Positions 1 to 10,531 of a DNA stretch of 64,000 bases are shown here, piece after piece. Source of the stretch: an uncultured Planctomycetota bacterium. Lineage in GTDB: Bacteria; Planctomycetota; Planctomycetia; Gemmatales; Gemmataceae. Position numbers and translations under genes: made by a program. The stretch spans positions 64,001-128,000 of the forward strand of contig CAWKHF010000004.1 of the NCBI GenBank assembly GCA_963849325.1. Reading direction: 5' to 3'. Position 1 is the stretch's first letter, and every line of letters begins with the position of its first letter. The notes under the pieces are model-generated. The model was not told the DNA's origin. It searched no databases and worked only from the letters and a program-made list of their open reading frames with translations.

Positions 1-554
1 CCGTTCTTCTGAGGCGTGTGCCCCACGATGGCCACCTTGCCTGAACAGTGCCGGGCTGGGATCGGCGGCAAGGAGGCCCACCGCAGCCCGCCCCAGCGCT
101 GCTCGTGCAGCGGTCGGTCGGGTTCGTAGTAGGCGTGGACGAAGATGTGCCGCAGCGTCTCGAAGTAGTCCCGGCATCCCTTGATGAACTGAAGATGCTC
201 CGAGGGGATAAAGGCACGCAGGTCAGCGGGACGAAGTTCCTGTCCGCTACGGTGGCCGTAAGAGGCCAGGGCCTCCGTGCCCCCGAACTTGAGCCAGTAG
301 CGCAGTTCGGACGACCCTTCGAGGGCGGCGAGCAGCATCTCCTCGTGGTTGCCCAGCAGCGGCACCAGCGTACATCGCTCGGCAAGGGCGATCACCTGCT
401 CCATAACACCCCGACTGTCCGGCCCCCGGTCGATGTAGTCGCCCAGGAAAACCAGGGTGTCGAGTGCGGCAGGGTCGATGGCTCGGACGAGCGTAGACAG
501 TGCCGCCGAGCAGCCGTGAACGTCGCCAATCGCTATCGTGCGTCCTTCGGTCAT
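1..554 (-). CDS. Metallophosphoesterase / Ser-Thr protein phosphatase (3' end runs off window)
   Basis: Own translation of minus strand: MTEGRTIAIGDVHG...LGDYIDRGPDS...LGNHE (calcineurin-like motifs). ATG overlaps the stop of 551..1480. Not in the ORF track because it is truncated. Confidence 0.9.
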   Translation of the reverse strand, partial: MTEGRTIAIGDVHGCSAALSTLVRAIDPAALDTLVFLGDYIDRGPDSRGVMEQVIALAERCTLVPLLGNHEEMLLAALEGSSELRYWLKFGGTEALASYGHRSGQELRPADLRAFIPSEHLQFIKGCRDYFETLRHIFVHAYYEPDRPLHEQRWGGLRWASLPPIPARHCSGKVAIVGHTPQKN

Positions 555-1480
555 GGGGCCTTTGTATCGCTCGTGCTGCGCAAGGGCGGTGCGCTCTCCT
601 GATCGCTCAGCGGCGGCTTCCACTTCACCTGATTCCCCCACACCATGTCAAAATCGGGCAAGACTTCAGCATCGAGGTTCGCCACCATCCATCTCGGCAC
701 GTCCTTGATCGACCGATCCTCGAACAGCCTTCGGCATCTCCCGCAGGCGTGGATGAAAAGCGGCCTGCGGTTGAACATCCCGCTCCACGGAAAGCCAAAG
801 TTGGTCAAGAGGATCGGCTGGTCGCAGTTCAGGCAGAGCGGGGCCGTCGTGCGCCGCCAGGCCGACTTCAGCGCCGCCCAGGGGATGCAGTTCGGCTCGA
901 TGCCCTCCCAGGCGAACCCGGACCATGTGTGGGGAGCCGCCGTCCAGTCGTCTGGCTCTTCCACGACCCGCTGCTTCCACTTTCTCCAGTACGCTTTCCA
1001 GGGCCAAAACGGTGCAAGCCGCTCCCCGAAGAGGAAGTCGTCGCCGTGCCGGGGCGTGCTGATTTCCCGTTTCCTGTCGAGCAGGGCGACCTCCACGCCC
1101 TTCCTTGCCAGTTCGTGCTGCTTAAAGAACGGGCGCAAATCGACACGCCCCTGCTGGCCCCAATGGTGGACCGCCACCCGCCCTGGCCGAAGCTCTAGCA
1201 GGTTCAACTGGCATCGCCGCACGACGAGCCGGATCACCCGCTGCGGGTCAGCGGCGTCGAGCGTCACCAGCCGCTCACGGGCACGTTCCAAGATCGGCTC
1301 CCGTGCGTTGTCCAGTGCCCAGGCCACGGGGTCATCAACCGCCCAGGCTACCCCGGTGGCCGTGTGCAGGAACCAGAACGACCTGGGATTTCCTCCAGCA
1401 CGCAAGCCCCTGGGCAGGAGGAACGAAGCGATTGCGGCAAGAGTCGTCTTGAGGAAAGTGCGCCGGGTTGGGAAGGACAT
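551..1480 (-). CDS. Hypothetical protein with twin-arginine-like N-terminus and CxxC pairs
   Basis: TRRTFLK followed by a hydrophobic stretch; CLNC and CGRC; translationally coupled to the phosphatase. Confidence 0.65.
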   Translation of the reverse strand: MSFPTRRTFLKTTLAAIASFLLPRGLRAGGNPRSFWFLHTATGVAWAVDDPVAWALDNAREPILERARERLVTLDAADPQRVIRLVVRRCQLNLLELRPGRVAVHHWGQQGRVDLRPFFKQHELARKGVEVALLDRKREISTPRHGDDFLFGERLAPFWPWKAYWRKWKQRVVEEPDDWTAAPHTWSGFAWEGIEPNCIPWAALKSAWRRTTAPLCLNCDQPILLTNFGFPWSGMFNRRPLFIHACGRCRRLFEDRSIKDVPRWMVANLDAEVLPDFDMVWGNQVKWKPPLSDQESAPPLRSTSDTKAP

Positions 1481-1735
1481 GACCTCACCTGCGGTTCAGT
1501 GCCATCAAAGAGAAGGTGGCACCGAAACCACCTTCATCGCACGGCTTTCGCCGCCGCTCCTTTACCACCGTGCCTTGCGGGGTCGGTTGGTCGGGGTCGC
1601 AGGAAAGAAGCCATCCTCGCCCGGTCGTGATGAAGACTCTTCAATTATTGCAGGCGTCATGCGTGCTGACAACAACCCCGACCCGTAAAATGGGCCGCAG
1701 GTCGCCAAGGCCAGGACCGGCGGGAAAGGAACTCC

Positions 1736-2113
1736 ATGAACCTCTGCAAAATCTGGATGGAGCAGTGCGAAGCAGCCAGGGGCATCGAGGACGAATTCGG
1801 CACGCAGAAGGCGCTGGCCTACCTCGTGAGCGAGAAGTTCTTGAACTACCTCGAAGCCGCCGAAAAGGACTCCACGTTTCAGGCCGAGCTTCCGGCCTTT
1901 GTTGGCGAGATCAAGAGCCTTTTCGAGCCGTGGCAGCTTGCGGAATGCCTGGAGAAAGCACGGCTGACGGAGCCGTTCGACCCCGGCATCTACGAGGACG
2001 CTGAGCCTGAAGACATCGAGATGGAGCGGAAGGCGGACCTGCGCCGCTGCGCCGCCGACCTGCTGGTGGTGGAGCGGGCGAAGGAGTTGCTGCTGGGCAG
2101 CGGCAGCGAGTGA
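1736..2113 (+). CDS. Hypothetical acidic protein
   Basis: AAGGA RBS; protein-like composition; overlaps next gene. Confidence 0.7.
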   Translation: MNLCKIWMEQCEAARGIEDEFGTQKALAYLVSEKFLNYLEAAEKDSTFQAELPAFVGEIKSLFEPWQLAECLEKARLTEPFDPGIYEDAEPEDIEMERKADLRRCAADLLVVERAKELLLGSGSE

Positions 2114-2466
2114 TGGAGGAGCGCCGGGAAATGAAGCGGTCATCAAGAGGACGGACTTCTGGCAAGGCCACGACTGGTGGGGATGTCGCCACCCTGGAAG
2201 ACATCCCCAACGTCGGCCCAGCCGTCGCCGCTGATCTTCGGCGGCTGGGCATCACCGCCCCCGCCGACTTGCTGGGCCGTGACCCCTATGCGCTGTACGA
2301 GGACTTGTGCGAGAAAACGGGCCAGCGCCACGACCCCTGCCTGCTCGACACGTTCATCGCCGCCGTGCGGTTCATGGCGGGGGAGCCGAAGAAGCCTTGG
2401 TGGGCGTACACGGCGGAACGCAAACGACGCCTGGCGGCTCGAACGCTACCCGCCGACTCGGATTAG
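2110..2466 (+). CDS. Helix-hairpin-helix protein, Cdd1/mitomycin-resistance-like family
   Basis: LEDIPNVGPAVAADLRRLGI...DPYALYEDLC...HDPCLLDTF...WWAYTAERK; start uncertain. Confidence 0.8.
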   Translation: MMEERREMKRSSRGRTSGKATTGGDVATLEDIPNVGPAVAADLRRLGITAPADLLGRDPYALYEDLCEKTGQRHDPCLLDTFIAAVRFMAGEPKKPWWAYTAERKRRLAARTLPADSD

Positions 2467-2476
2467 CGAGGGTGCG

Positions 2477-2992
2477 ATGATCTTCCGGCTTTCGCAAAAG
2501 CTGAACGCCAAGATCAAGGCAGGCATCTTGCCGAGCGTGCCCCTGGACGAGAACCCGTTGGCGGACTGGTCGGCCCACCTGTTCGTGGCGGGCCGGACGC
2601 AGTACCTCCTCCTGAGCAACACGAAGTCGCTCTACTCCACGGTGATGTACGGCAAGGGCGTCACGACCGACAGCCACTTCATCGAACGTGCCCTCGGCGG
2701 CATCCGGGAGTTCATGGAAGCCGATGGCCAGGCGTTCGCCTACCGCCAACTCATCGTGCCCGCCGCCGCATCGGTTCGGTTCGCCAAGGCGCTGGATCGC
2801 TCCGTCACGGGGTCGATGAACGACCTGATAAAACATGCGACGTATTGGCTGGCCGAGGGCGACCAGTCGCCGTTCGACGTTGGCTTCCGGCTCAACGACA
2901 TCCCCATGTCGGCGCTGGCCAGCAGCAGCGGCTCGTCTTACGGCAAGCCACGGGATGCGTTCAGGGCGCTGGCGGGCGGGGTCGAGTCGTGA
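2477..2992 (+). CDS. Conserved hypothetical protein (DUF6933-like)
   Basis: GAGG RBS; MIFRLSQKL...WSAHLF...RSVTGSMND...LNDIPMS. Confidence 0.7.
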   Translation: MIFRLSQKLNAKIKAGILPSVPLDENPLADWSAHLFVAGRTQYLLLSNTKSLYSTVMYGKGVTTDSHFIERALGGIREFMEADGQAFAYRQLIVPAAASVRFAKALDRSVTGSMNDLIKHATYWLAEGDQSPFDVGFRLNDIPMSALASSSGSSYGKPRDAFRALAGGVES

Positions 2993-3069
2993 TGGGACAG
3001 CCAGGGGCTAGAAGCCGCTTCAACCCGACCTGCACGATGAGGGGCTGTGGCTGCCGTTGCCAGCAGGGT

Positions 3070-3522
3070 TCATCGCATCTCCCGCAGGTGTCGGACAATG
3101 GCCCTTTTGAGGAAGAATGATATACCCCACAGCAGCAAACGTGCCAGAGCGGACTTGGCGTGGAGCCGGAAGGAACGGGTAACGTGGGTTCCGTTGGCGG
3201 TGCGCTGGAACTCCCACGTTTCCTCGAACTCGGTCGCCCACCGAGAAAGCGGTGCGGAGAAATCCTTCATTTGAAGCCGAAGCCGGTGATCGGGCTGCCA
3301 CTCCACAATTTCCTCAATATGACTCGACCCGTCCCGGTTCGTGACCCGGATTCGAGAGCCGACGATGCCGGGCGTCTGGACATCGAACACCGCAACCTTG
3401 ATGCCCGGTAGCGGGCCGAAACCGTGGAAGTTGGGCCACTTCGTCAGGTCGAGAATCTGCCGGGCGATCTCTTCGGGAGCGAGAGGAAGTGTGTCTTCGC
3501 AAGAGAAGGTGATCGGGTTCAT
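3070..3522 (-). CDS. SRPBCC / polyketide cyclase family protein
   Basis: DLTKWPNF...VGSRIRV...EEIVEWQP...THVTRSF pattern. Confidence 0.75.
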   Translation of the reverse strand: MNPITFSCEDTLPLAPEEIARQILDLTKWPNFHGFGPLPGIKVAVFDVQTPGIVGSRIRVTNRDGSSHIEEIVEWQPDHRLRLQMKDFSAPLSRWATEFEETWEFQRTANGTHVTRSFRLHAKSALARLLLWGISFFLKRAIVRHLREMR

Positions 3523-3980
3523 TCGGCCCTCTCGCACGCCCTGAGCATCGCCGTCAGCGGCTCCGGGTCGGCCAGGCGGTGGTCGCTGCCTACTTCGACC
3601 AGGGCCGTGGCGGGCAGGCTGCTGGTGCGGACCAGTTCCTCGCTGTCGCTGAACGGCACCACGTCGTCGGCCCGTGAGTGCAAGATGGTCGTTCCGGGCT
3701 TCAGGGTCTTGACCGTCCCGTACTTCTTCCAGGCGGGGCAGAGCAGCACGAGCGGGGTGTCGCCGCTGTCGAGGTTCATGGCCAGCGCCCCGCCCCGTGA
3801 AGAGCCGACCACCACAGCGGGCCGGTGCCGGTCGTACTCGGCCTGGGCGATGCGCACGGCTGCCTCGAAGTCCTCGTCGGGCAGCTTCGGATTGATGACC
3901 TCATGGCCGTGCTGCGCCAGAAAGGTCGGTTTGACCCCGCCAGGGATCGAATGCCAGCCGTGCAGGAAGAGGATTCTCAT
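3519..3980 (-). CDS. Alpha/beta hydrolase (YqiA-like)
   Basis: FLHGW, GSSRGG nucleophile elbow, HSRADDVVP, DHRL. Confidence 0.85.
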   Translation of the reverse strand: MRILFLHGWHSIPGGVKPTFLAQHGHEVINPKLPDEDFEAAVRIAQAEYDRHRPAVVVGSSRGGALAMNLDSGDTPLVLLCPAWKKYGTVKTLKPGTTILHSRADDVVPFSDSEELVRTSSLPATALVEVGSDHRLADPEPLTAMLRACERAE

Positions 3981-4108
3981 GAGGTCGTTGTAGCCTGCTG
4001 CGGTCGGCCTGGCTGTGCGTGCCTGTGACCGGGAGAATACCTGCGGGGGCTTGTTCGGGAGGCCCGCCCTTCCGCAAGATGACCAGAGGCGGCACAGGAG
4101 GGCCTGTC

Positions 4109-4816
4109 GTGGCCAAGAAGAACAAGAAGGAGAAGAAACCCCGGACCCCGGCCCAGTTCGCCACCGAAGTGCAGGTCCGTGTGAAGCCCGGCACGACCGA
4201 CCCGGACTTCCCTGACATCCCGCTCGGCGGCTGGGCCGGGACGATCAGCGAAGTGGACCAGAGATCGGCCCCGCCGACCTACCTGATCGAGTGGGACCGG
4301 CACACGCTGGACCCCATGCACCCCGTCTACCGCAAGCGCTGCGAGCGGGACGGCCTCGGACTCGAAAGCATGTGGCTGGGCGAGGACGACATCGAGCCGG
4401 ACAGCGGCGGGCCAGCCGTCATCGAGCAGCCGACGAGCATCGTGACCCGCCCGCTCAACGAGAAGGACCAGGACGACCGTGTGCGGATCGCCCTGGGGCT
4501 GACGAGCAACGACCCACTCCCGGAAGTCGATGACGACACCCTCCGGGCCTACCACCGCTACCTGGCGGCGCACCTGACATTCCCCTTCGAGGCCAAATGG
4601 GAGCCGGAACACGGGCCAGCGCAGGCCGTGAAAATCACCGGCCTGGGCGACACCGAAGACGACGCCTGGGCGGACGAGATGTACGGGGTGCTGTGCGAGG
4701 CGAGGGCCGAGGGCCGGTTGACCGAAGTGTTGCTGGGCGAGTGCGAGGCCAAGAAGGGCAGCGCCAACCGGCAACTGCTGAAGGATTATGCGTACTGGTT
4801 CTGGAACAACAGGTGA
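4109..4816 (+). CDS. CcbP-like calcium-binding-domain protein
   Basis: AGGAGG RBS with GTG start; LTFPFEAKW...YGVLCEAR...DYAYWFWN. Confidence 0.65.
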   Translation: MAKKNKKEKKPRTPAQFATEVQVRVKPGTTDPDFPDIPLGGWAGTISEVDQRSAPPTYLIEWDRHTLDPMHPVYRKRCERDGLGLESMWLGEDDIEPDSGGPAVIEQPTSIVTRPLNEKDQDDRVRIALGLTSNDPLPEVDDDTLRAYHRYLAAHLTFPFEAKWEPEHGPAQAVKITGLGDTEDDAWADEMYGVLCEARAEGRLTEVLLGECEAKKGSANRQLLKDYAYWFWNNR

Positions 4817-5266
4817 CGGGGAGTGCCCTTGCCAGGCTTCTGCGCCCCAGCTTCGCCGGAGAGGGACGAAGCTGAAGGTTGACGGAACCTCGATCCGTGG
4901 TAATCTGGCTCTTCCCCAGGGCCAAGGACTGGCCGAAGCTGAAGGGACTCAGCCTGGGGTCATCTCGCCTTCGCCTGCCGTCCGCAGATCGACGTGAGAT
5001 CGACGTGCCCGCCCTCCACCGCCGCAGGCTTGTGCCGCACACTGACCAACCTGCCTGGCGCTTTAGCCCTGTCAAGAAGGTCGTGCTGGTCGGTCCTGGG
5101 CGCTTCCCCCGTGGGCTGCGGGCTGACCCCGGCACGGTGTTTGCTCCTCATCCTCCAATGGCGTGCAGCTTCGGGATGCCGGGGTGCAGGGTCCGATGAT
5201 TACTGCCGTCCGAAGGTGGTGTGAGATGGAGGCCAGGCAGGTGGCGACCGTGGAAGGTAAAGACCC

Positions 5267-6885
5267 GTGGATGAACCAGGCACGAAAACGCCGTCGAACG
5301 ATCCGCCTGGAAAGGAGCCGCCTGCGCACGGCCTGGGCGGGGCTGAAGAACAGCACCGCCTGTTGATGGAGTGCGTGACCGACTACGCCATCTTCTTCCT
5401 CGACCCTCACGGGCGGGTCGCCACCTGGAACGCCGGGGCCGAACGCATCTTCCGCTACAGGGAGGCCGAGATCGTCGGCCAGCATTTCTCCCACTTTTCA
5501 CTCCCGAAGACGTTCAACAAGGCATACCGGAGAAGGAACTCCAGAAGGCGGCGACGGCGGGGCGGGCGAATGACGACCGCTGGCTGGTACGCAACGGCGG
5601 GGAGAGGCTGTGGTGCAACGGCGTGACCACTGCCTTGGGGGACGAGAAGGGCGGACTGCGGGGCTTCGCCAAGGTGCTGCGGGACCGCACCGAGCCGAAG
5701 CGTCTGCAAGAAGCCCTGCACCAGCGGGCCGAGGAACTGGCGCAAGAGGCCCGGCAGAAGGACGACTTCCTGGCGGTCCTGGCCCACGAGTTGCGCAACC
5801 CCCTGGCCCCCATACGCAACGCCCTGCAAGTCATCCGCCTGGGCCATCACGACCCTACCCTCGTGGAGCAGATGCGGGCGATGGCCGAGCGCCAGGTCGG
5901 GCACATGACCCGCCTAGTGGACGATCTGCTCGATCTCTCCCGCATCAGCCGGGGCCTGATCCGGTTGCTCAAAGAGCCAGTGGACGTAGGCCAGCCCGTG
6001 CAGCAAGCCATCGAAGGTGTGCAACCCCTGGTCCGGGAACGAAGTCTAACGCTCTCGGTGTCTCTCCCAGCAGAGCCGTGCTACGTCGATGTGGACCCGA
6101 CTCGGTTGCAGCAAGTCGTGGGCAACCTCCTCACCAACGCCGCAAAGTACACCGACCCAGGGGGCAACATCCTGCTCACCGTCCGACCGGAGGGCACCGA
6201 CGTGCTGCTGCGGGTGCGGGACACGGGCATCGGCATCCCGGCTGACATGCTGCCTCGTATCTTCGACCTGTTCGTGCAGGCCGAGCGCCGCCTGGACCGC
6301 TCCCAGGGTGGTTTGGGGATCGGGCTGACCCTGGTGCGCAGGCTGGTGGAAATGCACGGCGGCAACGTCACCGCCCACAGCGAGGGGCCGGGCCAGGGCA
6401 GCGAGTTCGTCGTGCGCCTGCCCGCCCTGCCCGAAGACCGGAAGGGAGAACTCCTGCGGAAGCAGGGCGATGACCAGCAGCCTGTGGCTCCCTCGGCTCC
6501 CCGCCGCATCCTGGTGGTGGACGACAACGTGGACGCCGCCGAGAGCCTGGCCGTGCTGCTGCGGCTGGAGGGGCACGAGGTCCGGGTGGCCTGCGACGGC
6601 CCGGCGGCGCTGGCGGCGGCGCAGGCGGACCCGCCGGAGATGGTGGTGTTGGACCTGGGGATGCCGGGGATGGACGGCTTCGAGGTTGTCCGCCGCCTCC
6701 GGGGGCAGCCGGGGTCGAAGGATGCGCTGTTGGTGGCGGTGACGGGCTGGGCACAGGAGGAGGACCGGCGGCGATGCTACGAGGCGGGCTTCGACGGCCA
6801 CCTGCCCAAGCCGGTCGAGTGGGACGCCCTGCGGCAATTCCTGGCCCACCCCAAGCTGCTCAGGCATCGGCCTGCGGGAAGCTGA
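5267..6885 (+). CDS. PAS-domain hybrid sensor histidine kinase/response regulator (frameshift near 5495)
   Basis: PAS start DYAIFFLDPHGRVATWNAGAERI in one frame, continuing in another to LAHELRNPL, NLLTNAAKY, DTGIGI, GLGIGL and receiver VVDDN...DLGMP...KPV. Confidence 0.9.
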
Positions 6886-6891
6886 TCCGTG

Positions 6892-7092
6892 TCAGCGTGC
6901 TGGCTCCAGACGGGCAGACAAGCTCTCGGCCTGATGCTCGGCCTGCACCGCCTGTTGCGCCCCGGCGTGGCTGGCCTCGTGGCGGCAGTAGCAGTCGAGG
7001 GAACAAGACGGCTGGCCGCACTCCTGACAGAAGAAGGTGGTGTGCAGTTTCCTGCCGCACTCCGAGCAGCAGGCGAAGCTGACAACAGACAT
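6892..7092 (-). CDS. Small Cys-rich putative zinc-binding protein
   Basis: CSEC...CQEC...CSLDC...H; GGAG-rich upstream. Confidence 0.5.
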   Translation of the reverse strand: MSVVSFACCSECGRKLHTTFFCQECGQPSCSLDCYCRHEASHAGAQQAVQAEHQAESLSARLEPAR

Positions 7093-7259
7093 GGCCCTTC
7101 TCTCCTCCGGCATTTTGGGGAGGGACAGCAAGCACCGGAATCCGCCCACGGCCCGGTTCGACCTATATCGCTCCGTTCCTCAAAGGTGCAACTGCCGTGC
7201 CGTATCCCCCGGCAGAACTTTCCGTTTCAGATGGATCAGCGAGGTGGGCGAGGGGAGCT

Positions 7260-7874
7260 TCATCTCTCCCGCCGGATCACCGCAAACCACGCCTTCGGCC
7301 CGCCCGCACTGAAGGTCACGTCCTTAAAGTCAGGCCGAATATCGTAGCGTGATGGCTCGATGGATTCGATGACCCAGCCCTGGGCGAAGGCGTCGTGCAG
7401 TTCCTTCTTCGACACCCGCCTCGGCCCCTGCGTGCCCGGCTCCTCGTCGCTGAAGCAGAGGAGGAACAACCTCCCGCCCGGCTTCAGGACGGTCGCTAGA
7501 CCCTCGACGTAGCGCTTCCGGTCCTCGTCGGAGAAGACGTGAAACAACCCGCTGTCGATCACGTTGTCGAACACTTCGGGGAGGTCTTTGAGCGCCAGGG
7601 CGTCCATCACGAGGAAGGTGACCGTCAGCCCCCGCTCGCTCGCCTTGCGCTTAGCCCGCTGGATCGGTTCTTCGAGGAAGTCGATGCCCGTGACCTTGTG
7701 GCCTCGGCTGGCGAAGAAGAGGGCGTTCTCGCCGGTGCCGCAGCCCACGTCGAGGACGGAGCCGGTGATGGGGTCGGCCACGTCGAGGAACGCCTGCTGC
7801 GGCCCTCCGATGTCCCAGGGCGCTTGCCCGGTGTAGGCGCTCTCGAACGTGCTGCGGTCGGGTAAACTACTCAT
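7260..7874 (-). CDS. Class I SAM-dependent methyltransferase (TPMT-like)
   Basis: PWDIG; VLDVGCGTG motif I; DSGLFH; LKPGG. Confidence 0.9.
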   Translation of the reverse strand: MSSLPDRSTFESAYTGQAPWDIGGPQQAFLDVADPITGSVLDVGCGTGENALFFASRGHKVTGIDFLEEPIQRAKRKASERGLTVTFLVMDALALKDLPEVFDNVIDSGLFHVFSDEDRKRYVEGLATVLKPGGRLFLLCFSDEEPGTQGPRRVSKKELHDAFAQGWVIESIEPSRYDIRPDFKDVTFSAGGPKAWFAVIRRER

Positions 7875-8028
7875 GGCGATAACCCCTCCTTGCGCCCATT
7901 TTAGGGCTTTTGCTGCTCGCCATCGGCTTGGAGGAGCCGAGTGTCAGCGGTTCCGGCAAATGGGACGGGACGCCCTCCGTCTGCACCGGCGTAAAATGAC
8001 AGTAGGGAAGCCCCGTGTCGAAGCGAGA

Positions 8029-8340
8029 ATGCCGATGCTCCTGCACGAGTTCAACTGGAAGAAGGAAGTCCTCCAGGCCAGCGAGCCGGTGCTGGTCGAT
8101 TTTTGGGCCTCATGGTGCCCGCCGTGCCGGGCGATGAACCCGACCATCGAGGCGCTGGCCAGGGAATTCAAGGTCTGCAAGGTGAACGTGGACACCAACC
8201 AGGAACTTGCCGCCCGCTACGACATCTCCTCGATCCCGGCGCTACTGATCTTCAAGGGCGGGCAGATTGCGGCTCGGCACGTCGGCGTGACGCCGGAGGC
8301 CACGCTGCGGGCCGAGATGCAGAGGTTAAGGCAAACATGA
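8029..8340 (+). CDS. trxA: Thioredoxin
   Basis: VLVDFWASWCPPC...KVNVD...SIP. Confidence 0.9.
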   Translation: MPMLLHEFNWKKEVLQASEPVLVDFWASWCPPCRAMNPTIEALAREFKVCKVNVDTNQELAARYDISSIPALLIFKGGQIAARHVGVTPEATLRAEMQRLRQT

Positions 8341-8362
8341 CCGCCCGCCAGGAGGCCAGACC

Positions 8363-8812
8363 ATGACTTTCTTTCGGAGAATCCTTGCAACTGACGCCCC
8401 CGCCGCCGTCCTCCTGATCCGCCTGATCGTCGGCGGTGTGTTTCTCTCCGAGGGCATTCAGAAGTTCCTGTTCCCGGAGGCCCTGGGGGTGGGCCGCTTC
8501 GCCAAGATCGGGATTCCGGCCCCGGAAGTCATGGCCCCGTTTGTCGGGGTGTGCGAGATCGTCTGCGGCGTGCTTTTTCTCCTGGGGTTGCTCACTCGTT
8601 TCGCCGCCATCACCATGATAATCGACATGCTCGTGGCGATCTCGACAACGAAGGTGCCCATGCTGCTCAACGAAGGTATCTGGAAGATGGCGCACGAGGC
8701 CCGCACCGATTGGGCCATGCTGCTGGGGTCGCTCTTCCTTCTTATCGTCGGGGCGGGTTCGTGGTCGTTCGATGCGAAGCTCGCTCGGACGGCTGATCGG
8801 AGAACGGGATAA
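8363..8812 (+). CDS. DoxX family membrane protein
   Basis: LLIRLIVGGVF..EGIQK...EIVCG...GLLTR...GAGSWSFD. Confidence 0.9.
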   Translation: MTFFRRILATDAPAAVLLIRLIVGGVFLSEGIQKFLFPEALGVGRFAKIGIPAPEVMAPFVGVCEIVCGVLFLLGLLTRFAAITMIIDMLVAISTTKVPMLLNEGIWKMAHEARTDWAMLLGSLFLLIVGAGSWSFDAKLARTADRRTG

Positions 8813-8918
8813 CGAGCCATTCGTCAATCGGTGAGCCGTTGTTGACCGCAGCCTTCCGGTCGGGAGCGGGACTGTCCGCATCTCCGGCGGGCCACGTTGA
8901 AGGCCGCAAGTTCCTGCG

Positions 8919-9533
8919 TCATTTGGTGGCGATCCCACGATAGAGATAGCCGGGGGTTTTCGGCATCCGTTCCAGGTAGAACTCCTCGACTTCGACCGAA
9001 GCGAAGGGCTGGGCGGCGGCGAGTTCCCTCATGTTCCGGTCCAGGTGACACCCATTGGCGAGGCGCACTTGCAGCCAGTTCAGGCGGCGCTGCCACTTCT
9101 GCACCTGCGGCTCCGGGCTGAGGCCGTGTTCGAGGAACAGGAACTTGCCGCCGCTCTTTAGCACCCGGTACACTTCCGCCAGGGCTTGGTCAACGCCCTC
9201 GATGCTGCACAGGGTAAACGTGCTGACGGCGCAATCGAAGCGGTTGTCCTCGAAGGGGAGGCGTTCGCCGCCGAGGAGCTGCTGGTCTACCTCCATCGCC
9301 GTGCGTTGAATCCGCTTCTGCGCCAGCCGGTGCATTCCGGGGTGCGGATCGACGGTCGTGAGCATACGGACCCGTTGGGGGTAGTACGGCAGGTTCAACC
9401 CCGTCCCGAAGCCAATCTCCAAAACATCGCCGTAAGCACCGGCGAGCAGATTGCGCCGCTGCCGAGCCAGGAGGGGCTTGTTCAAGAGGAAATCGCATAG
9501 ACGTGGGACAATTACCTGCGAGAAGAAGCCCAC
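8919..9533 (-). CDS. Class I SAM-dependent methyltransferase
   Basis: VLEIGFGTG; FTLCSI; RVLKSGG...LEHG; start uncertain. Confidence 0.85.
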   Translation of the reverse strand: MGFFSQVIVPRLCDFLLNKPLLARQRRNLLAGAYGDVLEIGFGTGLNLPYYPQRVRMLTTVDPHPGMHRLAQKRIQRTAMEVDQQLLGGERLPFEDNRFDCAVSTFTLCSIEGVDQALAEVYRVLKSGGKFLFLEHGLSPEPQVQKWQRRLNWLQVRLANGCHLDRNMRELAAAQPFASVEVEEFYLERMPKTPGYLYRGIATK

Positions 9534-9719
9534 AGTCTTCTCCTGATGTGCTTGGCATGGGCTGGTCCGTTCGTGGCTATTCTACTCGCCTGCCGACCCG
9601 ACGAAACCACGAACGGCGGCGGTGCTACCCGTGCTTCTTGGTGGTCGGCCCGGTTGCAGCCTGGCTAGAATAGCCGAAACGGGCGTCCCTTCGACGCCTC
9701 CTGAAAGGAGGAATCTGCA

Positions 9720-10052
9720 ATGGCTATTCCGCACGCCAAGCCCGGCGAGGTCGTGGACGTTCGGCCCCTGGGGGCGGCGCTGGCCTCGGCGCAAACGCAA
9801 ACCCTGGTTCGTGCCGAGCAGGTGGAGGTCATCCGCCTGGTCGTCCCGGCGGGCAAGGAGATCGAGGAGCATAAGGCCAAGGGCGAGATCGTCGTGCAAT
9901 GCCTGGAGGGGCGGGTGGTCTTCACCGCCTTCGGCAAGACGCACAACCTTGAGGCCGGGAAGCTCCTCTACCTGCCCACGGGGGAGCCACACTCGGTCAA
10001 GGGGATCGAGAACGCCTCGCTCCTGCTGACGATCCTCCTGCCCAAGCACTGA
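9720..10052 (+). CDS. Cupin domain protein
   Basis: AGGAGG RBS; EHKAKGEIVVQCLEGRV...PHSVKG. Confidence 0.85.
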   Translation: MAIPHAKPGEVVDVRPLGAALASAQTQTLVRAEQVEVIRLVVPAGKEIEEHKAKGEIVVQCLEGRVVFTAFGKTHNLEAGKLLYLPTGEPHSVKGIENASLLLTILLPKH

Positions 10053-10230
10053 AAGCGCCGCCCGTCGCCGGGCCTTCACGGTCGAGAGTCCTTCGCCAGC
10101 AACAGCATGGCCACCGGCGTGTGCGCCTGGAGGCCGTGGCGCAGGCCGGTGGGCATGTGGACCCAGGTGCCGGGCGTGGCACTCGTTTTGCTCCTGGTGA
10201 GAGTGGGGCGTTTTTCAGGAGGGCAGAACG

Positions 10231-10455
10231 ATGGCAAGCGACCTGAAGCGAGGCGATCATGTCGAGTGGAACTCGGAAGCGGGGCGGGTCCGGGGAACGA
10301 TCCAGAAGAAAGTGACTTCGGAGATCACCTTCAAGGGCTACAGGCGGCACGCCTCCCAGGAGGAGCCGCAGTACATCATCAAGAGCGACAAGACCGACCA
10401 CCTGGCCATCCACAAGGGGTCGGCCCTCAAGAAGCTCAAGAAGACCAAAGGCTAA
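10231..10455 (+). CDS. DUF2945 (Tudor-like) small protein
   Basis: GDHVEWNSEAG...EPQYIIKSDKT...HKGSAL. Confidence 0.85.
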   Translation: MASDLKRGDHVEWNSEAGRVRGTIQKKVTSEITFKGYRRHASQEEPQYIIKSDKTDHLAIHKGSALKKLKKTKG

Positions 10456-10531
10456 CCCACGCCGATGGTTTCCGTCTCGGCGTCCCTCCTGGTGCTGACG
10501 GGGGCCATCGCCTCGGTGAGCGGCATCGGGA